A stretch of DNA of 64,000 nt from an uncultured Actinomycetes bacterium. GTDB lineage: Bacteria > Actinomycetota > UBA4738 > JBBDTT01. Of this stretch, positions 35,545-45,657 are shown one piece after another. The number at the start of each line of letters is the position of its first letter. The stretch's first letter is position 1. The notes beneath the pieces were generated by a model that was not told where the DNA came from, searched no databases, and saw only the letters and a program-made list of their open reading frames with translations. A program made the translations under genes and the position numbers. Location: positions 576,001 through 640,000 of the forward strand of contig CAVUMN010000004.1 in the NCBI GenBank assembly GCA_963742735.1, given 5' to 3'.

Positions 35545-35889
35545 TTGGCGAACGGCGCGATCGAAGAGCAGGGTGAACTCGTCTGGGAGGGCGAGGTCGG
35601 CGGCGTCAGGCTGCGCGTCGACATCCTTCCGTCCGGACGGCTCACCGCCCGCTGGCGGAGCCAGGGGGGAGAGCGCCGAGTCGTCGTCGACACCGAGCAG
35701 GAGCTGGAGCGCCGCGTCCTGTTCGGCCTGATGGTCGGGGGCAACGCCGACGCCGAGGCGGTTCGCAACCTGCTGGGCCGCGTCGCCGAGGCGAAGGCCG
35801 ACCGGCCCGATCCGACGCAGGCGCCGCGCCGCAAGAAGAAGCGCACGCGGCCATCGCGCCGCGGCATGCCTCGCCCCCGCCGCCGCTAG
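35545..35889 (+). CDS. Hypothetical protein with Arg-rich tail
   Basis: AAGGAG RBS upstream; fills the intergenic space. Confidence 0.7.
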   Translation: MANGAIEEQGELVWEGEVGGVRLRVDILPSGRLTARWRSQGGERRVVVDTEQELERRVLFGLMVGGNADAEAVRNLLGRVAEAKADRPDPTQAPRRKKKRTRPSRRGMPRPRRR

Positions 35890-35905
35890 GCGTCTTCGCG
35901 CCGCC

Positions 35906-37815
35906 CTAGCCCGTTCCCGCCGCCACGACCTCGAGGACCTCGTCCGCGTACCGGTCGAGCTTGGCGGGTCCGACGCCGGGCACCGAGCGGAGCTGGTCCC
36001 GCGTCCGCGGCCGAAGCTCGGCGATCGAGGCCAGCGTGGCGTCGTGGAACACCACGTACGCGGGCACGCCGTCCACGCGCGAGCGCTCCAGCCGCCACCG
36101 CTTGAGCGCGTCGAACAGCTCACCGCCGGCGGCGACCGTCACCTTCGGGCCTCGGACCCGCGGCGAGGACGCCGGCTCGGCCGGGGCGATGCCCTCCAGG
36201 AACGGAGAGCGCCCGGCGCGCGTGCCCAGCGGCCACGTGATCGCGAGGTGCGTGCGGGCTCGCGTGACGCCGACGTAGAACAGCCGCCGCTCCTCGTCCA
36301 CCGGCGCGCGCGACCGGCCGCTGCGGAACGGCAGCTCGCCGTCGAGCAGCCGGGGAAGGAAGACCGCGTCGAACTCGAGCCCCTTCGCGCGGTGGTAGGT
36401 CAGCAGCTGCACGCCGCGGCCCTCCGTCTCGGTCGAGAACCGCCGCCGGAGCTCGCCCACGAAGCCCTCGAGGTCGCCCTCCGGGTTCGCGGCCGCGTAC
36501 TCCGCGGCGAGCTGACGGAGCCGGGCCAGGTCGGCCTGGCGCGTCACCTCCTCGTCGGCGTCGGGCTCGTGCTCGGGGTCGAACCCGAGAGCCTCGGTGG
36601 CCCCGTGCACCGCGGCGGCCACGTCGCCGCCACCCCCCCGCAGGCGGGCGAGCACGCCCCGGGGGCCCGGCCGTCGCAGAAACGCGCCGTCGCGGACCTG
36701 GTAGGCGATCCCCGCCCCGGCGAACGCCTCCTCGTACGGCTCGGTCCGGGCGTTGATCCGGACCAGGACCGCCATCTCCTCCAGCGGCGTCCCCGACGCG
36801 TGCAGCCGCCGCACCGCCTCCAGGACGAACGCCGTCTCGGCCTCCTCGCTCGCCACCGAGTGGACCAGCGGGTCGGGCCCCTTGGGCCGCGTCGCCCGCA
36901 GCCGTTTCTCGAACCCGCCGAGCGACGGCGCCAGCCGGTTGGCGACCTCGAGGATCTCGGGGACGAGCGGTAGTTCTCCTCGAGCCGCACGACGCGGGCG
37001 TCCGGGTAGCGGCGGGCGAAGCCGAGCAGGTGCTCGGGCGAGGCGCCCGTGAACCCGAAGATGGTCTGGTAGTCGTCGCCCACCACGCACAGCTCGTCCC
37101 GACCTCCCAGCCAGGCGTCCAGCAGGGCCTGCTGCAACGGGTTCACGTCCTGGTACTCGTCGACGGTGAAGGCCGCGAACCGCGATCGCATCGTCTCCGC
37201 GGCCTCCGGGTGCTCGGCGAAGAGCCGAACCGCCAACCCGAGCATGTCCTCGAAGTCCAGCCGGTCCATCGCCCGCTTGCGGCGCTCGTAGCCCGCGTAG
37301 ACCCGCTCCATGAGCTCGGGGGGGATGGGGGGCACGCGCTCGCCGAGGGCGCCCAGGTACCGCTCGGGCGGGACCATCCGGTTCTTGGCCCACTCGATCT
37401 CCGAGGCCAGCTCGCGGCGCGCCACGAACTTGTGGGGCATCGGCAGCGCGTTGGCCAGGCTCGAGATCACGGGGGCCTTCGCGTCGAGGATTCCCGGCAG
37501 GGGCTCACCCGTGTGCGCCGTCCACATTCGGGAGAGCTGCCCGAGCGCGGCGGCGTGGAACGTCCGCGCCTCGACCCCGCGCACCCCGAGCCGGGCCAGC
37601 CGGGCTTTCAGCTCCCCGGCCGCCTTCTCCGTGAAGGTCACGGCCAGGATCGCCTCGGCGGGGAACGCCCCCGAGGCGACCTGATGGGCGATGCGCCGGG
37701 TGATGGTGGTGGTCTTGCCGGTCCCGGCCCCGGCCAGGATCGCCACCGGGCCGCGCACGGCCGTGGCCGCCTCGCGCTGCTCCGGGTTCAGGGGATCGAG
37801 GATCGGATCGGCCAC
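35906..37815 (-). CDS. uvrD2: UvrD2-type ATP-dependent DNA helicase with HRDC domain (one frameshift near 36960)
   Basis: LNPEQ, AGAGTGKT, VDEYQD, VVGDDYQTI, ENYRS, HRAKGLEF, EERRLFYVGVTRA, HRDC VPAYVVFHDATL; frames join if one C is added in a C-run. Confidence 0.9.
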
Positions 37816-37861
37816 CCCGCTACCGTAGCGGCCGGGACCGACACTCAGCGAGACGGCGGAG

Positions 37862-38743
37862 CTACGAGGCCAGCCAGCCCGAGATGGCCTCGGCCAGCTC
37901 CTCCCCCTTGTCCTCCTGCAGGAAGTGGCCCGCCCCTTCGACGAGCCGGAAGGGGGCCGCGCCCGGGATCCGATAGGCCAGCCGCGCGCCGGCCCGGGCC
38001 GGAAAGATCGGATCCGAGTCGCTGAACATGACCAGGGCCGGCTTCGCCCAGGCGAACAGCGCCTCGCGCGTGGCGACCATCTCGGCGACGCCCGGGTCCT
38101 CCTCGCTCATCGGCACGAGCAGCGGGAACATCGCCGGCCCGGTCTTCGCGGCCGGTTCCGGGAACGGGGCGTCGTACGCGGCCACGACCTCCGGCGCGAT
38201 GCCCTCGACCGAGCGCTCGATGACCAGGCCGACCGGGAGCTCGAGCCCCGTCCGCTCGGCGAAGTCGCGCCACGCCTGGAACCCCGGGGTGGGCAACCCG
38301 GGGCCTGGACGAAACAGGCCGGTGTTCAGGATGACCAGCCGCACGAACCGCTCCGGACGCTCCACCGTCGCGACGCGCAGGCCGACCGGGCCGCCCCAGT
38401 CATGGACGACCATCGTGGCCCCGGTCAGGTCGAGCTCGTCCACGAGCCACGCCACGGACGCGACGTGGCGGGCGTAGGTGTAGAACTCCCGTTCGGTCGG
38501 CTTGTCCGAGCGGCCGAACCCGAAAAGGTCCGGCGCGACCACCCGATTCGACGCGGCGAGCGGCGGGATCATCTTCCGGTAGAGGTAGGACCAGGTCGGT
38601 TCGCCGTGCAGCATCAGGATCGGCTCGCCGGCGCCCTCGTCTACGTAGTGCATCCGCAGGCCGTCCTGGTCGAGGTACCGTGGCTCGAACGGGTAGCCGG
38701 GGAGGTCGGCGAACCGGGCGTCGGGGGTGCGGTAGGCGTCCAG
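37862..38743 (-). CDS. Haloalkane dehalogenase
   Basis: RTPDARF..LPGYPF, LHGEPTWSYLYRKMIP, APDLFGFGRSDKP, HDWGG nucleophile elbow, GHFLQED. No ATG/GTG is available at the expected start; CTG at 38743. Confidence 0.9.
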   Translation of the reverse strand: MDAYRTPDARFADLPGYPFEPRYLDQDGLRMHYVDEGAGEPILMLHGEPTWSYLYRKMIPPLAASNRVVAPDLFGFGRSDKPTEREFYTYARHVASVAWLVDELDLTGATMVVHDWGGPVGLRVATVERPERFVRLVILNTGLFRPGPGLPTPGFQAWRDFAERTGLELPVGLVIERSVEGIAPEVVAAYDAPFPEPAAKTGPAMFPLLVPMSEEDPGVAEMVATREALFAWAKPALVMFSDSDPIFPARAGARLAYRIPGAAPFRLVEGAGHFLQEDKGEELAEAISGWLAS

Positions 38744-38751
38744 GGCGGCGG

Positions 38752-39831
38752 CTACGGGTTGAGGACGAAGATCTGGTTCGGGTCGCTGAAGTAGATCCGC
38801 CCGTCGGGCGCCGCGACCATCGCCAGGACGCCCTCGTTGTGGTCGTACAGGATCGACGTCGAGGTGATGTTCTGCCGATCGGCGCTGAGGATCGACCTGC
38901 GGATGGTCCCGTCGTTCCACGCGCCCATGAGGAGCGTGCCCTCGGTTGCCGCCCCCAGCCCGCACGCGTCGCAGAACACCAGGCCGGTGGGGGCGATGGT
39001 CGGGTTGAAGAGCGCCTTCGGGAACAGCCGGGGCGCCGGGCCGTCTCGGTTGGTGTCCTCCGCGTCGGCCGGGGAGCCGCAGGACTGGTTCGGGCCCCAC
39101 GCGAAGTTGCCGCCGGCCACGATCTTGTTCTCCTCGTCGTTGCAGCTCGGGCCGTTCTCGCTGATCCACAGCGCGCCCGTCTCCGGGTCGATGTCGAGGC
39201 CGAACATGTTGCGGTGCCCGTAGGAGAAGACCTTGTTCCCGAACGGGTTCCCGGCGACGGCCTTGCCCCCGCCCGTGAGGCGGAGCACCTTGCCCAAGAG
39301 GTTGGCCGTGTTCTGGGCGTTCGCCGGGACGCCGATCTCGCCGACCAGCACGTAGAGGCGCTTGCCCGGCCCGAAGAGCAGCGTGCCCCCGTTGTGGATC
39401 GTCCCCGCCTTCATGGTCGTGATGACCAGCTGCGAGACTCCCACCCCGTTCTGGACCTTGATGCGGATGAGCTGGTTCTGGGGCTGGCCGCTGACCGTCC
39501 GGGTCACGTAGGCGTACACGAAGGGCTTCGTCGGGTAGTCCGGATGGGACACGACGCTGAGCAGTCCCTGCTCGCCCGCGGTGGCGACGTTCGTGAACGT
39601 CCACACCAGCGTGCTGGAGAGGGTGGCGGGGTCGAAGAACCGGACCTCGCCGGTGAACCGCTCGCCGTACACGATCCGGCCCGCCGGAAGGAACGAGAAC
39701 CCCGCGGGGAAGTCCAGGCTCGAGGCGATCGCCGTCACGGAGACGGCGTGGGCGGCCGGCACCGGCACGCTCACCGACAGGGGGATCTGCAGCAGCAGCG
39801 CGGCGAGGACCGCGACCAACGCTCGCTTCAT
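38752..39831 (-). CDS. Secreted PQQ-dependent (glucose/sorbosone) dehydrogenase
   Basis: GEQGLLS..HPDY, HNGG.LLFGP, GKVLRL, GNPF, YGHRN, ENGP, GGNFAWG. Confidence 0.92.
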   Translation of the reverse strand: MKRALVAVLAALLLQIPLSVSVPVPAAHAVSVTAIASSLDFPAGFSFLPAGRIVYGERFTGEVRFFDPATLSSTLVWTFTNVATAGEQGLLSVVSHPDYPTKPFVYAYVTRTVSGQPQNQLIRIKVQNGVGVSQLVITTMKAGTIHNGGTLLFGPGKRLYVLVGEIGVPANAQNTANLLGKVLRLTGGGKAVAGNPFGNKVFSYGHRNMFGLDIDPETGALWISENGPSCNDEENKIVAGGNFAWGPNQSCGSPADAEDTNRDGPAPRLFPKALFNPTIAPTGLVFCDACGLGAATEGTLLMGAWNDGTIRRSILSADRQNITSTSILYDHNEGVLAMVAAPDGRIYFSDPNQIFVLNP

Positions 39832-39874
39832 CGCCTCAAGTATCGGCTATTTCCGCCGGGAGCAAACGCCCGGG

Positions 39875-41008
39875 TCAGGTCCGGCCGGCCTCGATCGTCT
39901 GCTGGACCTCCTGGGCCCGCTTGGGGTCGATCCCGGCGATCTTCGCCGCCGCCTCGGCCTCGGCGCTCAGGGCGCGGTTCTCGTCGAGCTTGCGGGCCAG
40001 CGCCTCGTCCTGCGCCGAGAGGGTGTCGGGGTCCTCGTCCTTGTAGTGGTACACGCCCATGTCCTTGTAGGCGGCCTGGATCTTGGGACCCCAGAGGCCG
40101 ATGTCCTTTACCGTCGGCACGATACGGCTGAACAACATCTTGCGGAACTCCGTGAGCATCTCGGAGGTCTCGACGTACTCCATGCACTTGTCGACGTCGA
40201 AGCCCAGGGTCTCCCACACCTCCTTCGCCATCAGCCGGTCGCGCATCAGGTAGCAGGCCTCGACCACGAACTCCTCCCGCTCGTCGCGCTCGGCCTGGGT
40301 GATGTTCGGGTAGAAGTCGCGCAGGGCGAGCCGGCCGAAGGCGACGTGGCGGGCCTCGTCCTGCATCACGTAGGTGTTGATCGCCTTCGCCAGGGGCTCC
40401 TCGGTGTAGTCCCGGATCAGGGAGAAGGCCGCCAGGGCGAGGCCCTCGATGATGACCTGCATCCCCAGGTAGGTCATGTCCCACCGCGAGTCCTCGATGA
40501 CCTGGTTGAGCAGGGTCTTCAGGTGCGGGTTGATCGGATAGGCAAGGCCGATCTTCTCTCGGAGGTACTTCGAGTACATCTCCACGTGGCGGGCCTCGTC
40601 GATGACCTGGGTCGACGCATAGAACTTCGAGTCGATGTCGGGGACGGTCTGCACGATCTTGGCCGCACAGATCAGGGCGCCCTGCTCGCCGTGGAGGAAC
40701 TGCGAGTTGAGCCAGGACCCCATGTGCAGCCGCAGCTCCGCCTTCCCGGCCTCGTCGAGGGCCTCCCACATGTCCGAGCCGTAGATCGGGATGTAGTAGT
40801 CGGGGGCGTTGTCCTCCGATCCCGGTACCACGTCGATCGACCAGTCCAGTCGGTGTTGCGCGTTCCACTGTTTGTCCTTGCCCTTCTCGTACAGGTTCAG
40901 CAGGCGATCGCGCGTCTCGTCGTACTCCCAGTTGAAGATCGTGGTGCTGCCGGAGGGGACCTCCCACCTGGTCTGCTCGATCGGGTGCGTGTAGTAGCGA
41001 GTGCTCAC
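39875..41008 (-). CDS. Ferritin-like diiron oxygenase (AurF-like)
   Basis: SQFLHGEQGAL, DEARH twice, IEGLALAAF; GTGA overlap with the TetR gene. Confidence 0.88.
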   Translation of the reverse strand: MSTRYYTHPIEQTRWEVPSGSTTIFNWEYDETRDRLLNLYEKGKDKQWNAQHRLDWSIDVVPGSEDNAPDYYIPIYGSDMWEALDEAGKAELRLHMGSWLNSQFLHGEQGALICAAKIVQTVPDIDSKFYASTQVIDEARHVEMYSKYLREKIGLAYPINPHLKTLLNQVIEDSRWDMTYLGMQVIIEGLALAAFSLIRDYTEEPLAKAINTYVMQDEARHVAFGRLALRDFYPNITQAERDEREEFVVEACYLMRDRLMAKEVWETLGFDVDKCMEYVETSEMLTEFRKMLFSRIVPTVKDIGLWGPKIQAAYKDMGVYHYKDEDPDTLSAQDEALARKLDENRALSAEAEAAAKIAGIDPKRAQEVQQTIEAGRT

Positions 41009-41595
41009 CGGCGCGCCTCCTTCTGTTCCTGAAGTGCCTTGGACAGGATGCGGGCGATCTCTCGGGCGACGACCTCGGGCGGGTCGTCGGGCGGGGTCAG
41101 GGCGTAGGACAGGATGGCGCGGGCCGCGAGGTCGGCGGCGCGGTGCACGAGCGAGCCGTCGACGCCCGGCCACGCCGACGCGAGCTCTTCCATCACGGCG
41201 CGGGCGTTCTCGAGGACGCCGCCGCCGCGGGTGGTCAGGTAGGGGAGCAGGATCTCCGGCTCCGAGGCCAGCAGGCGGTCGAGCAGGGGGTGCCGGCGAG
41301 CCAGCTGCAGACAGAACAGGACGGAGTCCTCGATGGCGGCCTCGAGGTCGTCGTGGTGGGCGTAGGCCGCGCGGGCCCCGTTCAGGAAGGCCTCCTCCTC
41401 GCGGAGGACCAGCTCCGTGACCAGAGCGTCCTTCGAGTCGAAGTAGCGGTACACGCTCTGCCGGGAGAGGCCGGCCTCGCGCGCGACGTCCTCCATGGTG
41501 AACCGGGAGAGCCCGAACGCCGCCACGGCGCGGAAGGCGGCGTCCATGATCCGCGGCCGTGTCTCGGTGCGCAGGGCCTCGGCCGTCGTCGCCAT
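41005..41595 (-). CDS. TetR-family regulator
   Basis: HTH TMEDVAREAGLSRQSVYRYFDSKDAL. Confidence 0.95.
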   Translation of the reverse strand: MATTAEALRTETRPRIMDAAFRAVAAFGLSRFTMEDVAREAGLSRQSVYRYFDSKDALVTELVLREEEAFLNGARAAYAHHDDLEAAIEDSVLFCLQLARRHPLLDRLLASEPEILLPYLTTRGGGVLENARAVMEELASAWPGVDGSLVHRAADLAARAILSYALTPPDDPPEVVAREIARILSKALQEQKEARR

Positions 41596-41600
41596 GAGCG

Positions 41601-41632
41601 TGACAGTAGGACGAAATCTGTCAAGTTGTCAA
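41601..41632 (-). promoter_or_regulatory. Housekeeping promoter of tetR with overlapping inverted repeat (probable operator)
   Basis: Minus strand TTGACA(41632-27)-N18-TACTGT(41608-03), 7 nt before the ATG; inverted repeat TGACAG-N11-CTGTCA at 41601-41623. Confidence 0.7.
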
Positions 41633-41753
41633 GCGAGGTGGACCGGGTGGAACGAACCGAGCGTCCAGAGCGTCAATTCCGGTGAGCGACGCATGAACTT
41701 CAGTCGCGGGGGAAAGAAATCGGACGATCCCGACGCCCGGGAAGGGGAAGCAG

Positions 41754-41960
41754 ATGGCGCTTCGAATCGAGGATCTGGAGCGGGAGTCGCTCTACCGCCG
41801 CTACCTGGAGGCGCTGAACCGCCACGGCCAGCCGGAGGAACCGGTGCCGTCGCCGGGTCACGCGATCCGCCACTGCCCCACGTGCGGCGCGCACACCATG
41901 TTCACCCTCGACCCCGAGGGCACGTGGTACGAGTGCACCCGCTGCAAGCACTACGCCTGA
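41754..41960 (+). CDS. Small zinc-ribbon protein (68 aa)
   Basis: GGAAGGGG RBS; CPTC...CTRC. Confidence 0.8.
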   Translation: MALRIEDLERESLYRRYLEALNRHGQPEEPVPSPGHAIRHCPTCGAHTMFTLDPEGTWYECTRCKHYA

Positions 41961-42020
41961 GCCGTTCTCGCTGTACGTGCCGGTCCGCCGCCTCTCCCGC
42001 GGCTTGCGCGCGTCGAAGGG

Positions 42021-42683
42021 CTAGGTGGATCTGGTGCGCCCCGAGATCGCACGCATGACGGCTTCGGCCTCCCCCGCGTCGGGCGCGGATACCAGGATGA
42101 TCAGGTTCTCCTCCCGCCAGATCACGAACGTGTAGCCGGCGAGCTCTCCAGTTCCCGGTTGAATCCAGTAGGTTTCGATCCCGGCCACGTCCCGCTGATC
42201 CGGCTTTGCGTTGGCCTGGTCGGCGAAGCCGGCCACGAAGTTCCCGACGAAGTTCGGGGCACCGGCCCGGCCCGGGTCCGTCTCGATCACGATCAAACGA
42301 GCGACCTCGTCGCCGGCCGCAGCATCGACGGATCGAACCTCGACCTGTCGCACGATGCCCTGGCCGCCCCCCGCCCGGGTGAACTGCAGTTGGATCGCGG
42401 CGTAGGTTTCGTAGTCCAGGTTCGTGAGCTCGTACCCCTCGACGCCGAGGAAGACCGAGGTGACCGGAAGCGCCCGGACCGCGGAGGGCGTCGGCCGTGG
42501 ATCGTCGGCTTCGGCGGTGAGCCGGATCGCGTACGGGAGGGCCGCGAGCGGCGCGACGGCCAGCGGGATCCACCAGTTCCGGACACCCTTGCGCCGGAGC
42601 ACCAGCGCGGTGACCACGAGGGCAAGCGGGATGAAGATGACCCCGGCCAGCCTCCCGGCCTCGTAGGGGGTGAGGGCGATCAC
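42021..42683 (-). CDS. Membrane-anchored hypothetical protein
   Basis: GTG 42683 overlaps the ligase TGA; two N-terminal TM helices and a soluble domain. Confidence 0.7.
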   Translation of the reverse strand: MIALTPYEAGRLAGVIFIPLALVVTALVLRRKGVRNWWIPLAVAPLAALPYAIRLTAEADDPRPTPSAVRALPVTSVFLGVEGYELTNLDYETYAAIQLQFTRAGGGQGIVRQVEVRSVDAAAGDEVARLIVIETDPGRAGAPNFVGNFVAGFADQANAKPDQRDVAGIETYWIQPGTGELAGYTFVIWREENLIILVSAPDAGEAEAVMRAISGRTRST

Positions 42684-43721
42684 CAGCCCTGGCCCTGGAA
42701 GAGTGCGTCCAGCTCCTCCTGGGTCCCGGTCGGGTACAGCTGCTCGAAGGTGCACTGTTCGGGCGGCTTGTCGGGGCGCCATCGGACGAACCGTGCGCCG
42801 TGGCGAATGCGATGGCCGGTGACCTGATCGAAGCTCACCTCGACCACCAGCCGGCCGTCGAGCGGCTGGAACTCCGCCTCCTCCTCCGCCCGCCACCGGC
42901 TGGCGCCGCCGGGGCGTGCGCCGGTGAACGCGTCTCCGCCCCGATGGGGCTCGAGCACCTTGACCAGCTCCTTGCGCTCGGCGGCCTTGAACCCGCTCGT
43001 GAAGCCCACGTGATGGAGCTTGCCCTCGTGGTAGAGGCCCAGCAGCAGGGAGCCGACCGCGGTGCCTTCCTGGTCCTTCGCCCACCGGAAGCCGGCCACG
43101 ACGAGGTCGGCCGTCCGCAGGCGCTTGACCTTGATCATCTCCCGCTCGCCGGAGCGGTACGGACGGTCCGTTCGCTTGGCCACCACCCCGTCGAGGCCGG
43201 ACACGTCGAACTCGGTGAGCCATCCCGCGGGCCACGTCGGGGTCGGTCGTCTGCGGCGACAGCAGCAGTGGCGGTTTGGCCTTCGCCAGCGCTCGCTCCA
43301 GGCGTGCCCGCCGCTCCCCGAACGGCGTGTCGCGGAGGTCGTCGTCGCCCTCGGCCAGCAGGTCGAACGCCACGAACGACGCGGGGGTCTCCTTGGCGAG
43401 CCTGGCGACGCGCGACGCCGCCGGGTGGATCCGCTGGAGCAGGGCGTCGAAGTCGAGCCCGCCCGGCCCGAAGATGACGATCTCCCCGTCGAGCACCGCC
43501 CGCGACGCCGGGCCCGAGCGGATCGCCGCCTCGATGTCGGGGAAGTAGCGGTTGAACGGGAGCTGCTTGCGAGACGTGATCTCGACCTCGTCGCCGTCCC
43601 GGAAGCACAGGGCGCGGAAGCCGTCCCACTTCGGCTCGTAGGCCCACGTCGCCCCGGTCGGGACGTCCGCGGCGGTCTTCGCCTCCATAGGGGCGAGCGG
43701 CGGCGGGAAGGGCAGCTTCAC
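42680..43721 (-). CDS. ligC: ATP-dependent DNA ligase, LigC-type (one frameshift near 43225)
   Basis: PPLAPMEAK, YEPKWDGFR, LDGEIV, LLQRIHPAASRV, GLDGVVAK, MIKVK, GSLLLGLY, RWRPDKPPEQC. Confidence 0.9.
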
Positions 43722-44237
43722 GGGTTGTAGGTCGGGCGCTCGGACGGCTTCCTTCGCGAACGGCGTGAAGTGGGCCACGCGGACCTTCAGGAACAGGGCC
43801 CGGGCCTCGACCGCGACCTCGCCGTCGACGGTCCCGGTCATGACCGCGAAGATCTTGCGCCCCTCCTCGCGCTCGACGTGGCCCTCGAGCTCGAGGGTCG
43901 AGCCGACCGGCACCGGCCGGCGGAAGTCCACCTCGATGCGGGCGGTGACGGCGAGCGTCTTCAGGAGCCACAGCAGGAACCCCATCGCCTCGTCCATCGC
44001 CGCCGCGACGACCCCGCCGTGGGCCAGACCGGGCGCGCCCTGGTGGTGCTCGGTCACCGTGAACGAGCCCCGAACCTTCAGGTCCCCGCCCACCATCCGC
44101 ATGTGCAGTCCCGTCGGGTGCTCCGCGCCGCACCCGAAGCACTTCACGTAGTGGGAGGGCAGCGGGCGAAGGCCCTCGCCCTCGATCCCGGCGTGCGGGT
44201 CGCCCGGCACCCCGACGGCCCGGGATTCGTCGCTCAT
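43718..44237 (-). CDS. PaaI/hotdog thioesterase (indel near 3' end)
   Basis: CFGCG, HQGAPGLAHGG, DE motif, FRRPVP; the alternative frame ends PTYNP* with a GTGA overlap on the ligC start. Confidence 0.88.
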
Positions 44238-45031
44238 CAGGTCGCGAAGAGCCGGCGGCGGGCTCGCCTGCGGCCCACCGCGTAGCCGATCCCGTAGCCG
44301 AGCCCGCCCGCGGCCGCGGCTCCCGCGCCGGCTGCGGATGCGATGAGAGCGCGGCGCCGCCCGGTCCGGAAGTCGAGCACCGGCCAGCCTCGCTGCCGCG
44401 CGAGCGCCAGCAGGCTGTGGTCCGGGTTGGTGGCCACGGGGTTGCCGACCATCTCCAGCAGCGGCAGGTCGTTCAGGGAGTCCGAGTACGCGTAGGACTG
44501 CGCCAGGTCGATCCCCTCGGCCTCCGCAACCTCCCGCACTCGGCGGGCCTTCTCCTCGCGGTGACAGAGGTCGCCGTCGAGCTCACCGGTGTAGACGCCG
44601 TTCGCGTCGACCTTCGCCCGGGTGCCGATCACCCCGTCGAGCCCGAGGTCCTCCCCCATGAGCGCCAGCAGGTCCTCCGGCGAGGACGACGAGACATACA
44701 CCCTCCGGCCCTGCCGTTGGTGACGCGCGATCAGCTCCAGCCCCTGCGGATAGAACCGGGGCGCCAGCTCGCGGCGGACGATGCCGCGTCCGACGTCGAG
44801 GACCTCCTCCCGCCGGCGGCCCTTGGCGCCCGCCAGGGCGCCCTCGCGCGCGCGGTCGATCTTGTCCTGGTCCTCGGTGCCGAAGACGATGAACCCCAGC
44901 TGGTCCAGCGCGAACCGGGCGAGGTCCTTCGGCCCGATGACCTTGCGTCGGAACATCTCCCGCGCGATGGGGAACAGGCTCGAGCCGGGCAGAAGCGTCT
45001 TGTCGAGGTCGAAGAAGGCGGCTTGGGTCAC
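44237..45031 (-). CDS. HAD-IB (SerB-like) hydrolase
   Basis: AAFFDLDKTL, SSS, YAYSDSLNDLPLLEMVGNPVATNPD. Confidence 0.93.
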   Translation of the reverse strand: MTQAAFFDLDKTLLPGSSLFPIAREMFRRKVIGPKDLARFALDQLGFIVFGTEDQDKIDRAREGALAGAKGRRREEVLDVGRGIVRRELAPRFYPQGLELIARHQRQGRRVYVSSSSPEDLLALMGEDLGLDGVIGTRAKVDANGVYTGELDGDLCHREEKARRVREVAEAEGIDLAQSYAYSDSLNDLPLLEMVGNPVATNPDHSLLALARQRGWPVLDFRTGRRRALIASAAGAGAAAAGGLGYGIGYAVGRRRARRRLFAT

Positions 45032-45112
45032 GGAGAACCTCGTTCGGCTGGGAGATCGAAGTGTAGCCGGGGGGGTTCAGGCCGGGGGCCGCCGCGACTA
45101 AGCTCCCTCGCC

Positions 45113-45622
45113 ATGGCGGAACGACGATCCGGGCAGGAGCCGAGCGCGCGGCTGACGCGCGCCGCGGCGGAGCGCCTCCAGGCCGAGCTCGAGGAGCTGA
45201 CCGGGCCGGGACGGGCCAACATGTCCGTCCGGCTCCAGCACGCCCGTGAGCTGGGGGACATCAAGGAGAACGCCGAGTACGACGCCGCCAAGAACGAGCA
45301 GGGGCTGATGGAGGCCCGCATCCGCCAGATCCAGGCGATGCTCAAGGACGTCCAGCTCGTGGAGGGCGTCGCCGACGAGGACCACGTCGGCGCCGGCATG
45401 CTCGTGACGCTTCGCCCCCTGGACGACGACGACGCCGACCCGGAGACGTACCTGCTGGCCCACTCCAAGGAGGAGCGGGTGGCCGGCGCGCGGACCATCA
45501 CGCTCGAGTCCCCGCTGGGGAGCGTGATCGCCGGCAAGGGCGTCGGCGACCGGGTGACCTACGCTGCTCCCGGCGGCGAGTTCTCCTACGAGGTCGTCTC
45601 GTTCCAGCCGAACTCGGGGTAG
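45113..45622 (+). CDS. greA: Transcription elongation factor GreA
   Basis: ARELGDIKENAEYDAAKNEQGLMEARI, ESPLG; TAAGCT -10 box 8 nt upstream. Confidence 0.93.
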   Translation: MAERRSGQEPSARLTRAAAERLQAELEELTGPGRANMSVRLQHARELGDIKENAEYDAAKNEQGLMEARIRQIQAMLKDVQLVEGVADEDHVGAGMLVTLRPLDDDDADPETYLLAHSKEERVAGARTITLESPLGSVIAGKGVGDRVTYAAPGGEFSYEVVSFQPNSG

Positions 45623-45657
45623 GCAGGCCCGGGGAACCGGCACATACTGACCGAGCA

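Noticed and set aside
35906-37815. Programmed frameshift or pseudogene in uvrD2
   Set aside because: Single C missing in a homopolymer with all motifs intact; consistent with sequencing error seen elsewhere in the contig.
38744-39604. 580-aa extended dehalogenase ORF
   Set aside because: The upstream part is an alternate frame of the PQQ dehydrogenase gene.
42021-44237. 738-aa thioesterase / DNA ligase / membrane protein fusion in the ORF track
   Set aside because: Explained by two single-base indels; three normal genes with GTGA overlaps are recovered.
44237-45112. Ms1 RNA next to the HAD-IB hydrolase
   Set aside because: The flanking gaps (81 bp upstream, none downstream) cannot hold a ~300-nt RNA.
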